Shown here in pieces: positions 13,263 to 24,784 of a stretch of 64,000 bases of DNA. Both the position numbers and the translations under genes were made by a program. This DNA comes from Lama guanicoe (Eukaryota). Within the stretch, counting starts at the first letter, position 1; each line of letters begins with the position of its first letter. Below the pieces are notes generated by a model. The model did no database searches and was not told where the DNA came from. It saw only the letters and a program-made list of their open reading frames with translations. The stretch spans positions 6,172,122-6,236,121 of the forward strand of contig MU053810.1 of assembly GCA_013239625.1 (NCBI GenBank), written 5' to 3'.

Positions 13263-14318
13263 CTGAAAAAGAAGAAATCCAGATGAAGATGCTCTCTAAT
13301 AAAAGCCTGATCCTTCGGTAATTGTTCCATCTCTTTCTATTCCCCCAAAAGCCCCATCCACGGGCAAGTAATTCAGGAAGAAAAAGTTATGGAGAGGAAA
13401 ATTCATTTCAGCCTGAAATTTCATGCCTGACCTCCCTGCAATTTGCTTGGTCCAAGATTGAACCGAACCCTAAGAACTGTCTCAGAGTGACAACTGGACT
13501 CTGTTTTTCCAAATGCCCAAGTGCAACAGAGTGAACATCACTCAGGAATTCACATCACCATAGGACACCCTGATTGGGAAAGGAGAAAGCCTCAGGCCAC
13601 GGGGGATTGATCAGAGAGACGGAGAACTTCATTTCCACTTAAAAATCTACACAAAAATATGTCAGGAGTGAGTAGGATTATTTACCAAACCATTCCTTGC
13701 TTTACAAAGTAATCCCTGAAACAGCAGTGTTCAGCACATTTGTTTGGAAGCATTAGGGTGACAAAACAGAACTAAAATGGCCACAGCTTCAAGTGATAAC
13801 AGATGGAAATAAAGCATATTTTATATTATAACTTTTCTCTACCTGAGCCAGTAGAAAGAATTGTCGAAGAGAGGAAAGGCATTTCCATACAATGATGTCG
13901 GGACGCCCTGGGAGGTGTAACTAGTTGCTCTCTTCCTGACGTTTTTGGCACTGCTGAATCGGGGCACTGGGAGAGAGATTACAAGGCCTCCTTCAGCCAC
14001 TGATTAGTAATGTATTGTAGACAGTCAGCACATCTCATTTAAGCCAAATAATATTTATGTGTGTGTATAAGTGTGTTTGTTTCCATCATTTTATATGGAA
14101 ACGTTTAAAGATATAAAAGTAGGGAGAATAATATAATGATTTTTGTGTACTCATTGTCCATCTTGAACACTGATCAACTCATGACTGATCTTTTTTATAT
14201 AGATAACCCATATGTACCCCTAAAAGACCAAGGCTTTTTCTTCTTTTTACCATAACCATAATACTATTATCTCTGCATACACACTTGTGTGTGTTTGCAT
14301 TTAAAATAAATTATTTGA

Positions 14319-14820
14319 ATTGCCAAGATATGGAAGCAACCTAAGTGTCCATCAAAGGACGAATGGATAAAGAAGATGTACACTGGAATATTACTCAGCC
14401 ATTAAAAAGAATGAAATTTTGCAGCAACATGGATGGAGTTGGAGAGCATTATGCTAAGTGAAATAAGTCAGACAGAGAAAGACAAATACTGTATGATATT
14501 TATATGTAGAATCTAAAAAATATAACAGACAAGTGAATAAAACAAAAAAAAAAGAAGCAGACTCATAGTGATAGACAACAAACTAATGGTTGCCAGTGGG
14601 GAGAGGGGAGGAGGGAGAGGCAATATAGGGGTAAGGGAGTAAGAATTACAAACTATCAGGTATAAAAGAAGCTACAGGGATATACTGTACAACATGGGGA
14701 ATACAGCCAATATTTTATAATAACAATAAATGGAGTATAATTTTTAAAAATTGTGAATCACTATATTGTATACCTGTCAGTTACATAATATTGTGCAGAA
14801 ACTATACTTCAATTAAAAAA
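14319..14820 (+). mobile_element. 5'-truncated L1
   Basis: gccaagatatggaagcaacctaagtgtccatca ORF2 end, 3'UTR and A tail; aaattatttg on both flanks. Confidence 0.85.
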
Positions 14821-16564
14821 ATTATTTGGCTAAAAGAGGCAAAGTCAAGGCAGATCTTTCCTTGAATACATTATCTTGCAGACTTATAGTTCTCCCTTTA
14901 CCATAACTTCAAACTAATACTTGAGCAATAATACCTTTTCATACTTAATAGCTTCAGCTAATTAGGGTTTCTCTGTCTCTGTATAAGATATGCATATAAA
15001 ATGCCTTTGTCGTACTGACTCTGCTTACTTAAAACTGACCTGATTAAAAAAAAAAACAGTTCTTCAAAGGACAGAGATCTAATGATGATGAGGAGGAGGA
15101 TGACATTTATCTAGCACCATGTTCCAAGAACTGATCTAGAAGCCAGTTTGATTGATGGTAACAGTAACCACCCAGAATGGCATCGACACTGAGAAATCAG
15201 AAGGAATGCGAGTGTACAGGTCATCTAGAGCGAATCTGTGCATATCCTTCAAATCTCCACCCTACAAAGCTAGTGCCCAATCTTCCCACATTGTCTTCAA
15301 CAGTTATCCTGAGTTTACATCACTTAGGTATCTCTGGCTTAATTTTCCCATCATATATTTTCTCCCCCCAATTTTAAGAAGGAAAAATGATTCCCCACCC
15401 CTACATAACTTTACCAACCTCTCTGAAGATGAGATGAGGATTGAGAGTATTTTTTCATCTGAATTTCCCTTCTCCCCATAATAATTTTTTCTTTGCTTTC
15501 CTCAGCTCTCTCTCCAGTGAAACGCAAAAGACAATCTGAGCTAGTTATTGAGTACCTTCAGTAGTCATTTCACGTTTTAATTTGTGCATGTTTTATATGG
15601 GAGGGAGGACAATTTGTATTGCTATGATTGTTAATTTTCCAGAATCCCCCCATCTGGCTTCCAGTGGAGAAGGTATCTTGCAAGAGCATGGGGTATCTAT
15701 GGGTTGACCAGGAAGGGCCAGGTGGGAGACAGCATTAAAACAAAAGAAGTTTAAGATACGATGCAACAGGCACACTTCTATGTAGTAGACACACCTGAAA
15801 GAATCCAGGGAACATACACATGGGACAGGGAAGTACATGTTTGACTCTGATGAAGTCATTCAGCAAATGCTCAGGGTCAGACCAGTAGGCAGATGAGCCC
15901 TCAGGTACAGAAGTGACAGGTGAGGCCGACACTGCAGGTGTGAGTCTATGTGTGCAAGTCTAAGAGATTGGAGGGACTCAAACAGCATCAGTCATGAAAG
16001 ATGGATGATGTTCATCCTGTTCCATGTGGATTGTTGGGTTTAGCTCATCACAGGGAAGGAAAAAGAGCTGTCGGTGGGTCCTGCCTCTGGTTAGGGAGGA
16101 GTCAATGCTGGAGTCCACTCACATGTGGTTTTAATTCCCTCAAAGATGCTTATAAAGTACCTGAATCATAGCCCCCTTCTTCAAATTACCTACAAAATGG
16201 AGGAAGGAAAATATTTAAGTCAACAAAGTACCCATGATTTCAAAAGGTATCCCTTCAAACAATTAACCTGGTGTTCAAAATCTTGTAATGGAGGATTCGT
16301 TCATTACTTTAGTAAGAGAGAATTAGTAGGGAAAAGAAAGCAATAAAATTCCAGAACTGCCCACGTGAATTTATTTTCATCAGAGTATTACGCAGTACAA
16401 TACTGTGACAAAATAAAGGAATCCTTCAAATGAATTATTACAAACAGGGAAAGTTAAGAGTAAGTACTAGTGTTAACATATTTCAAAATTTTTCATGAGA
16501 GAAGAGTAATCCATTCAGAGTGGACAAAACCAGATTTCTTTGCTGACCTCAAAACTGCCAGTCA

Positions 16565-16679
16565 TGGGGGAGGGAAATAGCTCAGTGGTAGAGCGCATGC
16601 CCAGTATGTACGAGGTCCTGGGTTCAATCCCCAGCACCTCCATTAAGGAAGAAACAAACAAACAAACAAAAACCCCAAG
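16565..16679 (+). mobile_element. tRNA-derived SINE (camelid vic-1-like)
   Basis: A/B boxes, (AAAC)n tail, 13-bp TSD aaactgccagtca at 16552-16564 and 16680-16692. Confidence 0.9.
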
Positions 16680-17134
16680 AAACTGCCAGTCAGTGTTCCA
16701 ATAAACCCAAAGGAAACAAAGATGAAGCTGAGAATAGTAGCTTTGTCTTAAACTGTTAAATTTGGAAAAGTGATGAAAAGATAAAGAATAAAGTCTTGAA
16801 AGGAAACGTGATCTTGATGAGTCAGAAATCTCCATTGAACCCAAAGACCTTACTTGCTCAGCCTGTGCACACCACCCCTGCAGAATGGGCTGAGGACTTG
16901 CCAGAGTGAATCACACACCTAAGATGGAAATAAAACAGCAGCACGTTCCCGTGACCCCTGCTGACTCCCCCAGTGCTCATCTGGTCAAAATCTTTCCCTC
17001 TGCCCTTTCAGTCCTTTCCCCCAGAGTCTGTTGATATTGAATTATTTAAAGGCATCAATATTAAGATTATCCTGTAAATCTTATCGTAAGTAAATATGCT
17101 ACTGCATGGATCACAGTTTCAAAGAGTTATAAAT

Positions 17135-17333
17135 TAGGAGTTCGGGATTTGCACTACTGTCTATAAAATAAACAAAAAGGTCCTACTGTTTAGCACAGGG
17201 AACTACATCCAATATCTTGTAATAACCTATAATGAAAAAGAACATATATATATATATATATTCTGAATCACTATGCTGTACATCAGAAACTAATACAACA
17301 TTGTAAATCAACTATACTTCAATTGAAAAAAAA
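17135..17333 (+). mobile_element. L1 3' end fragment with (TA)n
   Basis: Similar to the 10958 and 57303 copies (agcacagggaactac..caatatcttgtaataacctataatg). Confidence 0.75.
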
Positions 17334-17639
17334 GAACTTCATCTCTGGTGAAAATAATGAAAGATCTAAGTTAAGGGCTATTATTAACATCAGTTTGTAT
17401 CAGTATGTAAATTCAATCATCTTACATATTTATCCTCCCTGACAGAAAGCCCTGTTTTTGGAATGGAGAAAACCAGAGCCACACAGAGATCCACACTGCA
17501 CACACATGTGCCCGTGCACGAGAACATAGGGCTGCATTCATTTGTACACGCGGTGTTTCCCAAAGGTCAAAATCAAGATTAAAAAAAGAGAAAGAGAGAA
17601 AGAAAACCCCACCCTGACAGCTCAAAGTTAGGTTAACTG

Positions 17640-17750
17640 CCCCAAAAAGCAGGGGTGGAGCAGCCTTGGTGAAGCAATGGATTGGAAAATGAGCAATGTG
17701 CACATCACGATTGGGTGGAACTAACATCTTTTTATGAGTACGTCATTTCT
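17640..17750 (-). promoter_or_regulatory. Candidate internal promoter element cluster
   Basis: Two CCAAT boxes on the minus strand (17681-17685, 17710-17714), CRE-like TGACGTA (17739-17745) and GT box GGGGTGGAG (17652-17660). Confidence 0.35.
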
Positions 17751-18966
17751 GAACTCCTGTCTTGGGAAGAACAACAAACTGTTGATAAAAAAAATTTGGA
17801 ATAGTACTTTATCAGAAAGATTTTGCTGTTTTTTATTTTATTTTTTTTGAGAGTTTGGGGAGTGGCTAGGAGAGGGGAGGGGTGGTTGAGGCTGCACATC
17901 CAGACTGAAATACTGCCTTAGATTCCTTGAGTGAGTGGGGCATTTTCCATAATGCTCAGTAGTTCCCAAAGGGTCAAACTTCTAAGGCTCAGTGTTTTGA
18001 AGGCTTCAAATAGTTTTTCTTCCCCACATACATGAATTTCATATATAAACCTTAAATACAGATATTTTTAAAAATATAAGAAAAAATTGTGACTGTGAGG
18101 TGATGGATATGTTAATTACACTTATCATGGTGATCGTTTCACAATACGTACATATATCACATCATCATGTTGCAAGTCTTAAACTTATACAGTGTTATAT
18201 GTCAGTTATATCCCCATAAACCTAAAAAAAAGTCTATCCTAAGCACGCTGATAAATATGTGCTTAATAGGACATCTGTTTATGGCAATGGCAACGTTAAC
18301 CTCATGTATTTAGCTCATTTGGGATGCAGATTTTGCCGCCACTTGGTTGAGCAATTCCAGCCATGGTTTTGGACCTAGATCAGGGCAGACCTCATTGTAT
18401 CTCAGTGGTTCACCTAAAACAACCTGTTCAATATGCACAGGCTTTTCCACCACTATTTCCCCCTCTGGTACCTTGTCCTCCTACACGCCCTAACTTGGCT
18501 CTTGGTCAATATTCCCTTATAGTCTAATTTAGAAACCTTGGCATAGTCCCTGACTCCTCCCATTTTTCCATCCAATCAGTCAAAAAATCCTCTTGGTTTT
18601 TTCTGCAGAGAGCTTGCCTTTCCTTCATCCTCACTGTTGAGACCCTCAGCAGCTCATACGAATTTGGTCTCGTTTAAAAAACTTCTGTGGCTGAAGATGA
18701 AGTGGGCAGAGTTCAAATCTCAGCACATCTCTCAAAGTTCTTCATAATTTGCCCCAACCTACTTTTCATGGTTCAACTCTTACATTCAGGGTCCTTGACA
18801 TTGTCTAAACAGACTTTTAAACGTTGTCTTGGTATATGCTGTTCCCTTTAAATAACATCTTTCTCTGTCCATTTATTTTTCATAAAGTTCCATTTATCAT
18901 TTGGAATCCAGCTTTCATGTCAACACTTCAATGATGTCTTTTATTTTTTCTTGTTTCTTAAAAAAA

Positions 18967-19132
18967 TTTTTTTTTGTTTTTGTTTTTTTGAGGGGAGGTA
19001 ATTAGGTCTCTTATTTTTAAACTAATTTTTTATTTTATTTTATGTTTTAGTGGAGAGACTGGGGATTGAACCCAGGACCTTGCCCATGCTAAGCATGAGA
19101 TCTAACACTGAGCTCTACTCACGCACCTCCCC
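18967..19132 (-). mobile_element. tRNA-derived SINE (camelid vic-1-like), diverged
   Basis: ggggattgaacccaggacc..catgctaagcatg head and gggaggtaattagg tail motif shared with the other copies. Confidence 0.8.
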
Positions 19133-20775
19133 CGTTGTGACATTTAAACAAAATAGCACACAGCACTCAGTAATAGCATTTCCCATATTGAATCACATTC
19201 TGCTCGTGTTAGAACTTCCTTCTAGACTGGGAGCTGCTATTAAGTAAGGATTAGTAAATCTTGTTCATCCTTAGGTTTAAAAGTGCTCTGTTGCAAACAC
19301 TGAGCATTTAGGGAACACCCCAGACCAACGGGAAGAAGTCATCAGTCCCTGTCATTCCACCTCCTGTGCCCTGGGTGTGGATCCTGTCACACTGCAGACA
19401 GAGACGTGACCATCCTGGGTTGGATGGTCCTTAAAGGTCACCGAATCCCACATTTCCTTTAACTACCAGGGCAAATAAACAGAATGTCTGTTTCTAAGAT
19501 ATTGTCGCAGTTGTGGGTTTAAGGAACCTCATTCACTATAGCAATAGTTCCCCCCTCCCTTTTTTTTTTTGTGCTTTCAAAGTGAGTAAAAACCAATATT
19601 TATATAGATAAATTTTGCTGGTAAACACAGAGGTTTCATTGGGGCTCACATCTCTTTAGGCCTAAATTTGATTTCAACCGGCCTCATTTTGAGACACTTT
19701 GAGAAAAATCTAATCACAACCGTGCAGTTCGAGCGACGTTTTCTATGGTTTTCCTATCTAGCTCAACCCGAAGTCAGTTAACATTTCAAGGAGTAGATTA
19801 ATTCACCGTTGTTTACTAATTAAAAACAAGTTATATCTTCTGTCTTAATTATTCCTTTATTCACATGATATATCTAATTAATTTTAACCCCATCAATATA
19901 GAATTATATCTCACTTTAGCACAAAAATGTAACAGCTTAACTATACAGTAATATATCAGGTTATCTACATCACTTTAAGATATAATTTATAATATATTAT
20001 ATGTGGTTTACTGTTTACATAGAAGTAGCTATATGCCTCTGGCTTGCACTGGGCTTCAAAACTGAGAATAAATTATATGTGCGTATTCGTATTTGCCAGT
20101 GTTATATTTTGTTCCTTTATGTGTTACAGGTACATTTGCTAATCTGTGAGAACAAAATTAATATGTTCAAATACTCCTCTCATAACATATGTTATACTTT
20201 CTTGTCAGGAACTGAATTTTGAGCATAATAGTATTAGATTGCGGGGTTGTTTTACTCATTTAAAAAGAAAAGATCTATTCATAAAAACATACAATTTTGT
20301 ATACTAAATAAAAGAGGAAATAATAAACTTATAAGCATCTTTATAAAACAGAAAACAAAAAGACAGGTTTTTAAAAAGTGATCCTGATAACTTCTGTATA
20401 AAATCAAAGGTTAAGATTTTTCCCTTTTGATGATTAATTCTTGGCTCTACCATAAGATGGATTCAGTGGCAGCCGGCATCAATATAATGGAGAACCCTAT
20501 GTTATTTACATTTTTATAAGAAGCTTATTTGTCACAAGCCTGCTTTCCCATAGCGCCAGATTAAGATACTATGAATTTGTGGATGGTCTAATTTGAGGTT
20601 GCAAAGCTCATCTTTTCAGCTGTGCTCTCCCTCATGCATAAACTTTACTTGCATTGAGGTATTGGTACCAATAACAGGATGAAAATTTTAAAGCAACAAG
20701 AATAAAAAGAGAAGACAGAATACGTTGTGAAAAACTTTTAACCACACAACAAAGGATATGTAAAATTGACTTTCT

Positions 20776-21652
20776 TTTTTTTTTCCCCCTTTTATTTTTT
20801 ATTTTCTGCCTTTATTTTTTTTAACATTTTTTATTGATTTATAATCATTTTACAATGTTGTGTCAAATTCCAGTGTTCAGCACAATTTTTCAGTCATTCA
20901 TGGACATATACACACTCATTGTCACATTTTTTTCTCTGTGATTTATCATAACATTTTGTGTATATTTCCCTGTGCTATACAGTGTAATCTTGTTTATCTA
21001 TTCTACAATTTTGAAATCCCAGTCTATCCCTTCCCACCCTCTACCCCCCTGGTAACCACAAGTCTGTATTCTCTGTCCATGAGTCTATTTCTGTCCTGTA
21101 TTTATGCTTTGTTTTTGTTTGTTTGTTTGTTTTTGTTTTTTAGATTCCACATATGAGCGATCTCATATGGTATTTTTCTTTCTCTTTCTGGCTTACTTCA
21201 CTTAGGAATGACATTCTCCAGGAGCATCCATGTTGCTGCAAATGGCATTATGTTGTCGGTTTTTATGGCTGAGTAGTATTCCACTGTATAAATATACCAC
21301 ATCTTCTTTATCCAGTCACCTGTTGATGGACATTCAGGCTGTTTCCATGTTTTGGCTATTGTAAATAGTGCTGCTATGAACATTGGGGTGCAGGTGTCAT
21401 CCTGAAGTAGATTTCCTTCTGGGTACAAGCCCAGGAGTGGGATTCCTGGGTCATATGGTAAGTCTATTCCTAGTCTTTTGAGGAATCTCCACACTGTTTT
21501 CCACAGTGGCTGCACCAAACTGCATTCCTACCAGCAGTGTAGGAGGGTTCCCCTTTCTCCACAGCCTCTCCAGCATTTGTCATTTTTGGATTTTTGAATG
21601 ACGGCCATTCTGACTGGTGTGAGGTGATACCTCATTGTAGTTTTGATTTGCA
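20776..21652 (-). mobile_element. Young 5'-truncated L1 (camelid-type)
   Basis: ORF 21198..21518 is a recognisable L1 ORF2 C-terminus; poly(T) at the left end; perfect 15-bp TSD taaaattgactttct at 20761-20775 and 21653-21667. Confidence 0.95.
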
Positions 21653-21849
21653 TAAAATTGACTTTCTCATCAGTAAAATGAGTCAGTCAATTAAGGGCAG
21701 ACAGGTCAGAACTGGTCTTCAAAATTCCACCAGAACAGCCACTACGCACCTACCTGGTACAAAGTCCCCCTCTCTCTTGCTCCTGTGCGTGGCTGCAGGT
21801 TGAGAGAGAATCTCATCTCTCTGCCTGCCTGATGATAATAAAAACAATA

Positions 21850-22030
21850 CCTAACAACTATTAGCTGCTCTCACTCCGTGCCAGGCACTGTTCCTGTGCT
21901 TTCTGTGTACTGACTGATTAAATGTATCCTCACAACCAACCTGGACAGGACACGTATTTTCCCCATTTTACAGATGAGGAAACTAAGGTACCCAGAGACT
22001 AAGTAAGTTGCCTAAGATTACACAATTTAA
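21850..22030 (-). mobile_element. MIR
   Basis: MIR core ccccattttacagatgaggaaactaagg...aagtaagttgcctaag. Confidence 0.7.
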
Positions 22031-22257
22031 GTCAGTCAACAAAGACTTACTGATCCCAAAACTGTTCTAGGCTCAAATGAAACTCTGGAAGACTTTCCCT
22101 CACTGAGTGTCTCTTCACCAATGTGTCAAGGATTAAATATCTGAGTTCATCTACCGACTATACATCTTTCCATTCTGAAGACAAAAATGTTTGCATCCTT
22201 GCATTGAGACTATTATTTGTTTACTCTATAGCTCATATTTTTTTGATAAATTTTTTA

Positions 22258-22562
22258 AAAATGGAAGTAAAATAAATATACATGTATCATGAAATTTACC
22301 ATTTTAATCATTTTCAAGCGTACAGTTCAGTCACAGTAAGTAATTCATATTGTTGTGCAACCATGACCACCATTCACTTTCAGAACATTTTCATCTTCCC
22401 CAACTGAAACTTCATACCCATTAAATAATAATTCCCCATTCCCCTCAAGTCCCAGATCCTGGGATCCATCATCTTGCTCCCCGTCCTTATGAATCTGGCT
22501 ACTCTAGGCATCTCATGTAAGTAGAATGAAATAATTATCCTCAAGATTCATCCATGTTGTCG
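22258..22562 (-). mobile_element. Old L1M 3' fragment
   Basis: aaatttaccattttaatcattttcaagcgtacagttcag...catccatgttgt; resembles 59701 onward. Confidence 0.75.
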
Positions 22563-24161
22563 CACGATCATGTATGAGTGCAAGTGAATGGTGCTTTGAG
22601 TCTACAGCTAGATGGCCAGAGTTAACATACAACTAGAATTCATGAGAAAGAAGGTTGAAAACTCTGAGGCGTTCTCAGTATCAATTTGCTTTGGTATTTT
22701 TTATTGCTTTTAAATTTAAAGAAACAGCTGGCTATGTTTATTTTTTCAAGGAAAAAATTAGCCCACACATTACAGCTATAGATACAAAAGAGAAGGTTGA
22801 TACAAAAAGAGATCTGTTGATGATGAGGGTCACCCTTCATATGGAATCTGTACTGCGGATTCCAGATGATCACAAATGCTGGTGGGAACTATGAAGGAGC
22901 TACTACTGTACAGCAGGATGGGAAAATAACTGACAATACTGAATTTTGCCTGATTCCTTCAATACAGCATTGTTTTTTTTTTTTTCTTCAAAATGCAATG
23001 AAAGCACTGCTCAAGAGGAAGTGGTTCACGGAACAACACAGCACATGGTTAAGGGTTCTTGCAGTGTTTGGGGGAGGTGGGGAGCTAAAACTTCTGCGTA
23101 ACATAAAACAGGAAACAGAAGGATCTCTAAAACTACACACAGTATCAAAGAGTCCTTAGCAAACAACTAGAAGCAATCTCTTGGGGCAATTTAACTGGCT
23201 TTCTAACAGTGTACTCCAGGTCAAGTGAAAACTTTAAGAACTAGGCTGACAAATAGTTACTAAGTTAATAGGATAATCACTATAAAGACCAACACAAAGA
23301 TCGATCACAAAGGAAATTCATGTGGACATTGCAGACGTGCATCAGTATGATCATGCAAAAGGAACAGCCCAGACGATAGGATTCTTTGGTAAGCAATACC
23401 GAGATGGCAAAAGTTTGATGGAAAAAAAAATTTCAAATGAAAGAGTAATCATGAAATGACATTTTATTTCAATAATTTAAAAAATGCCAAGGGGGTACTT
23501 TGAAAGGCCTGAGAATCTGTCACAGTGTAGACACACGCACACAAACACACATTGCACGAGATGGGCTACCATATTTTTTAAAAGTAGATTTTTAAATGTA
23601 CTTATTTCCAAATTGCTTTGCTTTTGAGTGAATGCAGGGTGGAGTGGGGGCTGAGTACTAATGCATTCTGCTAAGCCAAGCTCAAGGGTAGGTGAAAAGT
23701 GAAGATGGTGGAAAAAGACCCAAAAATATGCAACAGGATTCAAAAGTAAACTACATGTGACACGGGGGAGGTCAGCTCATATGAACACAAATTCTTGCTT
23801 GCATCTGTCAGGATGGTTTTTCTGCATCTCTAGGAGACAAGATGTAGACTAGTTTCACTTGGATATCCATGGGATGAAAACAGAATTTTAAACTCTTGAG
23901 ATTTTCTTAAGTTCCCTTTTTATTCTATTTTGAGCATCTACAGAAAGCATGGGCAACTGCTTTTGTGTTTAGAATCTACTGTGACATCAAACAAAAGTGA
24001 CAACATAATTAGGGTTTTCTGAAGGGACAAAAATAGAAAATGTATTATTCACTCACTTGTAAATAAGAACAATGGACATTAATTTTCATACACAAAACTC
24101 CTATGAATAGTTATCTGTATTCACTGTTTTCATACTTGTCTCTTTTCTCTTGAATTTACCC

Positions 24162-24524
24162 GGCTGTGGCTGAATGTTTGTGTCTTCCCTAAAATTGAGA
24201 CCCTAATCTCCAATGTGATGGTATTTGTAGATGGAGATTTTAGGAGGTAATCAGATCATGAGGCTGGAGCCTTCATGTGGGGATTAGTACCCTTATATGA
24301 AGAGAAACTAGAGAGCTTGCTTCCTGTCTCTCTTTCTTTGCCATGTGAGGACACAGCAAGGAGATGGCAAACCAGGAAGAGGGCCCTCACCAGACACCAG
24401 ATCTGCTGGTGCCTTGGTCTTGGACTTCCTAGTTTCCAGAACTGTGAGAAATAAATATTTGTTGTTTAAGCTGCTCAGTCTATGGATGGTATTTTTGTTA
24501 TAGCAGCTCAAACTGACTCAGACA
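24162..24524 (+). mobile_element. MaLR solo LTR (MLT1A-like)
   Basis: Starts ctgtggctgaatgtttgtgtc, internal gccatgtgaggacacagcaag and ccagaactgtgagaaataaa, ends gttatagcagctcaaactgactcagaca. Confidence 0.8.
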
Positions 24525-24716
24525 TACCCCAACTGGACTTTTGTTCCCATGTCAGCAAACTGTGTCAAGATTACCAATGACCTTCATGTTGCTGAAGCCA
24601 GTGGTTAATTCTTAGCATCTTAAACAGCATTTAACACATTCATTGATCACCCTCTCTTGGAAACGCTTTCTTCACTGGGCTTCCACAAAAGCTACCTTTC
24701 TGGCTTTTCCTCCTAA

Positions 24717-24784
24717 CAGAGGCCAATTGACTTTGATGCTAATTAAGTTTAAGTTTCAGGGATTCTCACTTGCAAGGTTCCTTC
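24717..24784 (+). mobile_element. Possible hAT-Tip100 (Arthur1-like) terminal fragment
   Basis: cagaggccaattgactttgatgctaattaagtttaagtttcagggattctcacttgcaagg resembles a recalled consensus terminus; unverified. Confidence 0.35.

Noticed and set aside
16566..16641. tRNA-like sequences here and near 5104, 19052, 45574 and 51611
   Set aside because: They have mutually diverged heads and A-rich tails, and four of five have recognisable TSDs, so they are SINE heads rather than tRNA genes.
21198..21518. 106-aa ORF (also 4096..4461 and 60858..61058)
   Set aside because: Fragments of L1 ORF2 in truncated elements, not host genes.
22815..22938. C/D box snoRNA-like arrangement (ATGATGA 22820, CTGA 22930, short terminal stem)
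   Set aside because: Antisense to the host gene, stem register off the usual geometry, and no family recognised. An Rfam/Infernal search would settle it.
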